From the NCBI GenBank assembly GCA_000934665.2, contig JYFJ02000699.1, positions 1 through 64,000 on the forward strand: 64,000 nucleotides of DNA, in the 5' to 3' direction. The number at the start of each line of letters is the position of its first letter. The first letter of the stretch is position 1. Origin of the DNA: Catajapyx aquilonaris (Eukaryota). This document shows positions 28,301-39,000 of the stretch, in pieces. The notes beneath the pieces are model-generated. The model did not search any database, was not told the origin of the DNA, and saw nothing but the letters and a program-made list of their open reading frames with translations. A program made the translations under genes and the position numbers.

Positions 28301-29582
28301 ACCACCTTAGTCGTAAATAATACTTTTCGAGAACCTGAGTAATTTTCATTGCCAGCAATAAAAACAATGTCTTTTAAGTATTATTGGAAAACTGGCATTT
28401 GCATTCATAATGATATCTTACGATTAATGTCACATATTTTTTGGGAAAATGTCAGTGCAAGTTGGAATGGAAAAGAGAGTGCGACCCAGCCATTAAAATA
28501 AGCAAGAGTTCACAAAAAACGAGTCTACGTTAAAGCCAACTACTGTGGTCCATTGGGTTTTATAATCACAACATTGAGCACCAAAATAATCATGCTGTTG
28601 AATACGAAGAACTGGTTTCACATGCCAATGACATCTACTGTTGGCTCAACGAATCCGAGGACTTCATCTCACTGGGTCTGTCCATCATGTCATGAATGCG
28701 CATTTTGAGTGTGACATAAATATTGCTTCGGGTCCTCAGATTTCCTTGCACCAGCAGTACATCCAACTGCCTCAAATAAACAATATATTCATTGCACCTC
28801 GCTTCGAAAAATAAATAAATTAACCGGGGGCCAAACACTGGCTGTTAATCCGAAGCCAGCCGCCTTAGATTCCTAAATAAACATGATCACCTAACAAACA
28901 ATGTAACAACGCCAAAGTATCGCCCTTGTAATTACGCAGCTCCAATGATTTTGCCACCTCATTACACGAAACTGGCTGCTACGTAAATGGAAAACCTGTT
29001 AGTACATTTATGCTGGCCTAGTTCGACCACAACATTTGAAGAACAGAATTTCAGTTACACGAACCAATGAAATGCAGACATGGTCACGTATTCATCTCTT
29101 AGCTATATGCAAATCTTTAGTTAACGATCATTACTGGTTAACAAAATGGCCAGGCATATTCCATCATGATGTGACCTGGACTTCTGCTGAAATGACCGTG
29201 TACATATCGAGATGGCTGATCATTAACAACAACAACAACAGAAAAGACCTTCCACCGTAATATTGACATTCCGCCTATCGTCAGACTTGCCTTTTGAGAC
29301 ACGCAGGGAGAAATGAAAAGGAACTAAAGATTGCAACATGGCCACAGTCATACCTTAGAGAGAAATGTAATTCCTAACTACAAAATCCGGGTTCTCACAT
29401 TTTGAGAGTGAAATCTTCCAACGATTGGACAATTGCATTGCTAGGGCATGGAATTTCCTTCTTACCCCAAGTTTTTCCATTGACATTCCTTCACATTAGT
29501 AAAATTGCAATTGCCTAAATACGTCCACATAATTGAAATAAATTAAATATTCCAAAAACGGCCACTACAACACTCCCAATAT

Positions 29583-30013
29583 TTACATGCTAATTAGAGG
29601 CTCACCTCCCCCACAAATGATTCCCCCTCCGCCGACCCCTGCTCCTTCCACCGCCCCACCCCCACCCATCCCGTCCCCTCCTCCTTCTCCGCCGAGACTC
29701 CTCAAGACAGTCTGCATACCCAGCTTCCCTGCCAGGATGGCATGAGACTCCATCCTGTTCCAAATGGTGCCCATGAAGAGTGAGAAAAGTAGCAACAATG
29801 CAACTGCAGAGCGAGCGAGTGTCCAAGCGAGTTGAAGGGTCGTTTGTGGAAGCTCCACGTAGATGGTGGACAGAAGCAGGACCAAGCAGAGAGCCGAGAG
29901 GAGCCAGTAGTTGCGCTTGTCTCGCATGAGAGACGACAAGGCCGATTCGCACACCTGCACACCTTCATTCAGGGTTGCGGTCGTCACGTTATGGTCAGGT
30001 GGCAGACGAGGAG
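29583..30013 (-). CDS. SMPD2: nSMase exon 7 (two transmembrane helices plus Gly-rich tail)
   Basis: Acceptor ttttccAG in matching phase; YWLLSALCLVLLLSTIYV and AVALLLLFSLFMGTIWNRME; stop TAA. Confidence 0.85.
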
Positions 30014-33000
30014 CTGGAAAATAGAAATAAAAACGTTATTACATCAATCTGTGCAGTTCATGAAGAAGACGGTTACAAGTTAAGTACATTCTCTTGAAAG
30101 CTAAGTTTAATTCCCTTCGATGTGTATCGACAATCACACAAAATAATAACAATATTTACGGTTCACTCTTTTCACTAAATGTGAACATTTTTCTGGACAT
30201 TAGCGTACACGAAATCTGGGTCACATTGACCCCTTCGTATGAACAACATTCCACAAAATACAAAAGATGAATTGGCATATATTCATGACAAATAACACAA
30301 TAATCGCATTTGTTCTTGGAATTGTTCATGTCAGAAAACAAAAACAGCTTTATGATCTTTGGTTATTGCTAATACAAATAATGCATGGAGAATGCTTTAA
30401 ATAATAATACTAGATAACAAAGGCGCACTTGCAGAGGCATCAATACGCCGTACACTATTGTTATAAAGCAGCAACCAACAGAGTGGAAAAACATGACCTA
30501 CGACAATCCACATATGTTATGAAAGCTAACAAAATATTTGCCAAGGTATTGTCTGTTTCATTCCATCACATTTTATGGGGCAGTTGGCCATGATAGAAAA
30601 TCATACCCCACATAAAGGGAAGCATCAAAAACAACATTGGATTGTTACAGAAACAATATCACAAAGACCCATGGTCGTGACATTGAGAAATTCTTGGATC
30701 ACGTCAACACCTGAGAGAGAAACTGTATAAAATGAGGGCCAACTCGCATAGAACGTTACACAGCTCCATTGGATTCCGATCAGAGCAGATCGCAACCCAT
30801 ACAGAATGAAGTCCTTCCTGATGATATTTGTTGTAATCGTCTTCTTGGCCCTTGCTGCTGCAGACCGTGGTAAGTAACTACTTCACACACATGCAGAGAC
30901 AACCACAAAGTAACTGTTATCTGAACTGTTCGAGACATTATTTTAAAACATCCTTAATTACAGGTGGTGACTACCGTGACCCAAATGGTGGCTACGAAGA
31001 TCGCAATGGTCAAGGGGATTATGGAAATGGTGGCGACAATGGTGATCGTCAGTAATTGTAACCATCAACAAGCTCTCGCACTTGAAACTAATGAGAGTAA
31101 GAAAGTAAGTATGAAAAGTTTTAAGTCCCTTCAGATCTATTCCACAGTACAGAGCAAAAGTTTCTTATGCAAAGTTAACAAAATAATCTTTACCGTCATG
31201 TTAGAACCAGGATTGCAACTTGCAACAAATGTAGAAAACTATTGAAAACTATTGGACACCCGTCGGCCGTCATTCACTGCTACAACGATGCATCCCCTCA
31301 CATCCCAGGGAAACTATCACTGCGCTGAAATATCACACCGCACATGGTAACTACAATATCCGAACATACAGGCATGGGATTTGGTGTATTACAAGATAAA
31401 TAAATGCACTTGGAATTGGCAAAGAAAACTGCTTTTGTCTATTTGCTGCCTCTCTTGGTCCTTCATTTCTGCTCTTTGGCAGAAATATGCTGCGTAAAGA
31501 AGTCCTTGCCTCTCCTAATTTTTTCTGTTACAATTATTTAACATGCGAAGATTGGAGTTGTCCCACCCCATCCTTTCGAACTTTTGATTTGTAAATTGGC
31601 AAATACGCTCTAAGTTCCGGCAACTGTTTGCAATGAGCTTGTCCTACACTGGTTCTCAATATAAACTACTTTAAACTTTTCAACCAGATGGGTCACTCAT
31701 GACTACTGCAGAGACACAGACTTTTATGGACAACAAAACATTGCTGAAGTTTCCGTATTTTCCTCGAATGATACATAGTATTGTTCAACACAGTTGCTCG
31801 CACAATCTGAAGCAAAGACTGTGACTCTCCCTTGAACTTTTGCCATGTAAAGTCTCAGCCATGATTGTCACATGTCACTGTACCCAAGGCATCTACATTG
31901 GCCATAATTCTAACACTTGTCAATCCACTCCCGTAGCAATGAAGGTATGTAGGCTACTGCTTCCTCAAGATCCGCACTGCAATTGACTAAAATATCGTTG
32001 AGCTTGCTTCATCCACTCCATGGCTGTGGGCTCACTGTGGGTAATTTTGAAATGACCGTTGTACTCCCTGCCAGGATATCAGCAGCTTTTTCACTAAAAT
32101 ATTACTTATTTTTTTCAATACTTCAAATAATTACCACAATTCCACACGATGGAAGATAAAAGAAACCATCACGAAGCAATGAGACAAAGAGCTACTGCAG
32201 TGACTTTGGGAAGAGCTTTGTTCATGGGACACCAAAGAAAGAGACTGCATAAAATGATGGCTCAGTCACACACAACATTACATAGCTCTGTTGGAATCTG
32301 ATCAGAACAGATCACATACACTGTGAAATTCTTCCTAAAGATTTTTGTTGTGGTCGTCTTCTTCGCATTTGCTGCTGCAGAGCGTGGTAAGTACACTGCT
32401 TTTTTGCAGTCTTCAAGCCAAGACAGAAAACATGTGAAATGAATAGAATGGCTTGCACTAATATAGTCCGGTCAATATCATCATCAAGTTGATATATTGG
32501 TCTGATTGACTAGGCTGTGTGTGGGTTTAACGGCGGAGCAGCTGTTGGAAATTATAGGCGAGGAGAACACCGAGCTCTTTCAGGGCCGGTCTATTCGGGA
32601 CCATGTGAAGGTGATAACGAGCAGGATATGCAAAAACGATACCCAGGAAAATTGGACCTTGGAGGTGTCGGCGGGGTTCTACCCAGACCTGATGAAGGAG
32701 GGGTGACTGCAGGTCGACCTCAATGACTACATCGTGGAGGAGATTGTCCGAACCGACAGATGCTTCAGGTGTTGTGCCTATGGTCATGCAGCTCAGGGAC
32801 CCCGCAAATGTCAGCACAAACCGCGATGTGGACGATGCAGGCGGGCATGAGGCCCAGACGTGTCGGTTGACGGAGGTTGGCTGCGTGCCTTGTTGGTGGT
32901 TGGTGATTTCAACGGCCGTTCAGTGTGCTGGAGCGACGTGGAGGAAAACAACATAGGCGTTCGGGTGTTGGAGTGGTCAGGCAGCTGGGACATGGTGCTG

Positions 33001-36000
33001 GTGGATGGTGTAATGGTAATTTGGGGTGATATAGGTGTGGGAATGGGAAGGGGGATGGGGAGAAGGGGTTGAGGATGGGGTGCGTAGGTCAGGTGCCGGA
33101 CCAAGCGGGTTGGGGGCACTTTGGTTACCAGTATAATCAAATAGGTAGGAACTCGATAATAATGTCTTTTAATATGCGAATAGAACAAGCTACAGTCGTG
33201 ACTCAATACTCTGGGCCTAATCGGGACGCCTAATAATGTCTGAAACTCTGAATATGTGACACCCCACTTTCACCTCTACTCACTCTCTCTCTCTCTCACT
33301 CTCTGGTCGTCTCCTGTCTTCAGGCCGTCTCTCTCTGGCCAGCTGTCTCTTCGGCCGGCGGCTTCCTCTTCTTCTGGCCGGTTGCGTCTCCTCTTTTCTC
33401 TGCCGGCTGGCTTTCTTTTATATGCTTCTCTATCTTTCGCCGCCCTTGACCGTCGGTATATGTGGGCATCTTGTCATCCTTTCCTCCACATGTGTTATAT
33501 CTGTCATGTGAGGTTTCTATATTTGCCCTTCTCTTGTGACTTGAGTCCATAACTCCATTAGTCATCCTCATGTGCGTCCTCATATGCTTCCTCGTTACAC
33601 CTCTTTAGGAGGAAGCGCGGTGTCCCTTTTGCACGGGACGCCGTCGCTTACATGATACCCAGGTCATCCTGATGGGGTCGGGGACTGCTCTCCGGACACA
33701 GCACCCACCGCTGCTCCGCCTGGACCTGCCCTCTCAGCTTCTGTGGTCCAACTCATTGGTTTCGACAGCTCCTCATCCTGATTTGCCAAGAGATAGAGAG
33801 AAAGCTTGTGGAGGGTCACCTCCCTTTACGCTTGCATTGTGCCAAATCTGTCCTGGCGGCCTCCTGATTTTGCCCAGAATTCCCCACAAAACGTAGTCAC
33901 ATATATGTAACAACAAGTGATCATTTCACCAATGAACCCACATTGAAATACGCAGAATCCTACAATATTCTCATAGAACGACAGCTCATACCCAAATGAA
34001 AATATGACTGAGACTACCCGTCCAAAATCCCTAGAGCAAGAACAGCAAAATAAAAATAAAACAAAACAAAAATGACAAAATTAAAATAATAATAAAAAAA
34101 CTTAAAAACGCCTTGCATATACGGGCGCTACCCTTGTGATACGACTCCAACGTCAGCTCTGAAATCCAGTGAGTGAGTAGAGGTGAAAGTGGGGTGTCAC
34201 ATATTCAGAGTTTCAGACATTATTAGGCGTCCCGATTAGGCCCAGAGTATTGAGTCACGACTGTAGCTTGTTCTATTCGCATATTAAAAGACATTATTAT
34301 TGAGTTCCTACCTATTTGATTATACTGGTAACCAAAGTGCCCCCAACCCGCTTGGTCCGGCACCTGACCTACGCACCCCATCCTCAACCCCTTCTCCCCA
34401 TCCTCAACCCCTTCTCCCCATCCCCCTTCCCATTCCCACACCTATATCACCCCAAATTACCGTTACAATGGGAAAGTCGCATCGATCTGACCTGGACAAG
34501 GGCATTGCACGTGGCCAATTGGAGGCTGGAGAACGGGCTCCTCCTCAGGGATCACCAGAGGATCTCCTTCGAACTTGCCGACGATGGGGGGCCTCCGCCC
34601 GTTCTGCAGTGGATCACTTCTAGAGCGGACTGGGACAATTTCCGTAATGCACTCGCGGAGTGGACCCGCGACAGGCAACTGGAGAGTGCTGCTCTGGGGG
34701 AGGAGGCAACGGCGTTCCAGGACACTTGTGTGCGACTGGCGGAGGACTACATTCCTCAAGAGACGGTGCAGCCACAAAAGTCGTGGACCTGGACCGCGGA
34801 GCTGAGCTCGAGGAGGAGAGAGGCACAGGCGGCCAGGCAGGTGTGGCAGCATGCTCGGCGGGACGATCCCGAACGGGCTGAGGAGGTGGCCAGGGAGTTC
34901 CAGAGGCTGAGGTGGGCCTACAAACGGGCCATACGGGCTCATAAGCGGGAATCGTGGCAGATACTGCGAGCATCATTTGGAAAGGGATCCCTTCTCACTG
35001 CCTTATAGGATCCTGCGAGGCAACGTTCCCGGCCCAATGAGGGAATCAACTTCGGCGGGGAGAGTCTGGAGCACATGGACCACGCCTGTGTGGAGCGGTT
35101 TCCCCCCGCGGATGACGGCTCCTGGTCTGCAATCGAGGAATGCGGTTGCCTTCTCTTGTCGAGGGGTCCTTGGGGCTCCCATGTCTGCCTGGGCTGGGTG
35201 CAAGCGCACGTCGGCACACTTGGCAACGAGTTTATCTCACCCCACACACCGCACCCCAATATAAAAATAAGTAAATAACATAGGGCAATAAGGTCCTTGC
35301 TCAGACTATGGAGTTTTCACGTCCCTCAGGGTACTTGAGAAATCATCATATACATCTTAATAACTCCACATATCCACAAGGGTCTTACTACTCCAGCTGC
35401 AGCAATCTAATGGAGCTTCTCATGAATTTTGATTGTGGGAGGATTCATGGGAAAACCCTCTAAAACATGGATAGAATGCATCAAAACTCTATTTACATAA
35501 GCATCCTCTGTCCAACCCATGGATCAAACTTGGGACCTCAGATGTGGAAGGCTGAGGTGATAACCAATACACGGCATAATAGTGCAACCTTGACTACTCT
35601 TTTATCATTACGACGATTAATGTCATTAAAACCTTCATTACCTACCAAAAACTTTGCATGCCCTAAAAATGTACATACGACTAAAGTGCGACAGTAAGTG
35701 TAACTAAAAAATGTGGTGTGTAAAGCAGTTGAGGTATTAAATCCTTGGACTTCCGAATGAATATTTTCCAAGGAATATTCACTGCTTGTCAGGTCACCTC
35801 AGCTAAATGATAAAAACAACACTACTTCATATCAAGAGAAATACTTACCTCCTTCGAATTTGCTGATTTTAAACCTGGCCAAGACGGCTTCATGGTCCGA
35901 GTAGCTGAATTCTTTCCCCAGGACGCGGTCTGGAAGTGGCATCGAATATTCCAGCAGGTCCATCTGTTAATTAGAACAAGACGTCATTAATGCCTTGCAC

Positions 36001-39000
36001 AAAAGCATACCAATTAACAAAAACTAGCGATGAAAGCTATAAATTGACTTGTTCTCACAATCGAAAACAACTAGGCTACATATTTGTAACTATTACATCT
36101 GTCCTGAGTGGCATGAAAGTAGTTACTGGTGTTTTCTTGTACCTTGACATTGAGTCCGGTTCGGAACATGATGTAGTCAAGCCTCTTCCCAAGTGGATTC
36201 TTCATCAGGAGATTAGCTGGGGTGTACGTGTTTGTTGCAGTCTCGTTGGTACCTCCATATTCACTTGTAGGCTGATAGGAAAAACAATTCACCATTAGCA
36301 TTTTATAGACGAACCACAACAATAATGCACTTGCTGTTGCCAACATGATGGTCACCTATGGTTCCCCATCAAGTCAGTATTATCATACTCACGTAAGACA
36401 ATACAATGAAGTAATGTGCCCTGAATATACCAAAAAACTTGCTTGCCGAGGGCGTCACTTGGTGCCTAGTGGATTTAACCGATTTCTATAATTTAACGGG
36501 GCAACATTCTGTACGCAGAACTTAAATGGAACAAACAACTCGGCTCATTGTAAACAGTTATTAACATACTAGTGCACCCGTAGCCAAAATTTGGCAAAAC
36601 CAGCAATGAGGAAGACCATGGTAATGAAAAAATGGAATGAGAGGGCTCGCGGAGTGACAACTAGGAAATAGCGTATAGCTGGTCGTCGTAAGACTGGGTT
36701 GAAAAATTGAGTGGCATTGAATGAATGGACATACTGTACACTTCCTGAATGGGACATGAGAAAAGTTTTCATAAAACCTCGCGATATACAACATTGTGTG
36801 TAAACACACTGTTCCTTGTTGAGCAGTAGGAGTAGTGAACACTTTGACCTGACTTGGGTTGCGAGAGCGGGACAGTGCCACATGCAGCTGGCCATGATTG
36901 TGAGAAGACAGGTTCATCCAGGGAAATGCTAACGTGCTGATCTGGCCCTGCGAGTTGTTGATCATCATGGCATAGGCCGGGATGACATTATGCCAATGAA
37001 CATAATTATAAGACTTTTGGATCCGGATCTAGCAGGCTATGATTAAGGCTACCAAACTGCCTCAGCGGGCGCCTATTTTGGCGGCTGGAAGTGGTCTGGC
37101 TCTTTAAAAATATAGAATTTAATGACCTGAGCACGCAAATTAATGGCCAATTAATGACCAGGTAATGGCTTCCTGGGATTAACACTTCGCCAAAAACAAC
37201 CTAAGAAAATGTGTTTTTCTGAAGTATGGTGGTACATCATTCATTAAGCCAGCAGGCTGCAGGACCTGAAAGGTTGGACCAGCCCTTAACCTCTTTTCAG
37301 TCATGCAATAAGCTGTCAAGATTAATTTACACCATGCAACAAAAATCACCTTCGTTTCTGTCCATGGAAGTTTATCGCTATTTCTATGTTCCTTAGGTCA
37401 CTCGCAACTCATAATGACCACTCATTTTGTCTGAAATGGTTTTTTGACCTCGAGGCAGGCAAAAAACGAATTCCCCCGAAATGTAGGAGTCGAATCAAGT
37501 GGGTCTAAATGTTGCCAGACCATCTCAGATTTTGGTGAAAAAAATCACAGCTGTACACAACTATGCCATAACGCTGCATGTCAAGTTTCATCCGTATTGA
37601 TCAATACCATGGTCTTAGAATACTAAGGTCAGGACACTCCCTCTTATTGCATGTTGGGCAGTTTTGCATGAGGTGCTCACTTGAGAGCGCCATGAGACAG
37701 CTTTTCATTGCGCTATTATGTGGCGACCCTACCAGACTACGATGAACTAAGGTAGAAGAGAAGCCGCTACATGCGGGCCCAACATGGCCGCCGGCGACCA
37801 TGTTGGGTCCCCCAATGTAGCACTTCCCTTTTGTACCTATAAAGTTCAGCATAGTCCGGTAGAGTCACCACATAATAGCTCAGTGAAAGGTATCATGGCG
37901 CTCTCAGGTGATCACCTCATGCAAAACGCCCCGGCAAGCGATAAGATAAGATTGTAGGGGAAGTGTCCAGGGGCTGATCAATACCATGGGGAGGAGTAAA
38001 ATCACTACATTTTGGAAAGGGCTGAAAATGAAGCCTTTCTTGGATAATTTTTAATCAGTTAGTGGAAGTGGACAAAACCCTATCAACATATATTATACAG
38101 CATGTAGGATACAGGGCGTTCCAGGTTCGTGGGTCACTTTTTGATAACTGATATTGCCCAATAAAAGATAAGCACGAGGAGAAAGCGCCTATGAAATTAG
38201 TTTTCCTCAAATATGTAACCAGAAAACGGGTGTGGCCAAGGGGTTAGCAACTCCTTGGAACCGGTGTACACCCTGGCCAAGGAACCAGCTTGGAACCAGC
38301 CTGGAACCAGGTGGAGCCAGCCAGGAACCAGGGTGGAACTGGCATGGAACTGGCTTGGAACCAGCCTGGAACCAGGTGAAGCCAGCTTCAAACCAGCTCG
38401 GAACCCGGATGGAACTGGCTTGGAACCAGCCTGGAACCAGGTGGAGCTGGCTTGGAACCAGCCCGGAACCAGGGTGGAACTGGCTTGGAACCAGCCTGGA
38501 ACCAGGTGGAGCTGGCTTGGAACCAGCCCGGAACCAGGGTGGAACTGGCTTGGAACCAGCCTGGAACCGGGTGGAGCCAGCTTAGAACCAGCCCGGAACC
38601 AGGGTGGAACTGGCTTGGAACCAGCCTGGAACCAGGTGGAGCTGGCTTGGAACCAGCCCGGAACCAGGGTGGAACTGGCTTGGAACCAGCCTGGAACCGG
38701 GTGGAGCCGGCTTGGAACCAGCCTGGAACCAGGTGAAGCCAGCTTCAAACCAGCTCGGAACCCGGATGGAACTGGCTTGGAACCAGCCTGGAACCAGGTG
38801 GAGCTGGCTTGGAACCAGCCTGGAACCAGGGTGGAACTGGCTTGGAACCAGCCTGGAACCGGGTGGAGCCAGCTTAGAACCAGCCCGGAACCAGGGTGGA
38901 ACTGGCTTGGAACCAGCCTGGAACCAGGTGGAGCTGGCTTGGAACCAGCCCGGAACCAGGGTGGAACTGGCTTGGAACCAGCCTGGAACCGGGTGGAACT

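Noticed and set aside
34316..35008. 230-aa ORF as a host gene
   Set aside because: Chimera of the Ginger-like TIR and LINE endonuclease/linker sequence
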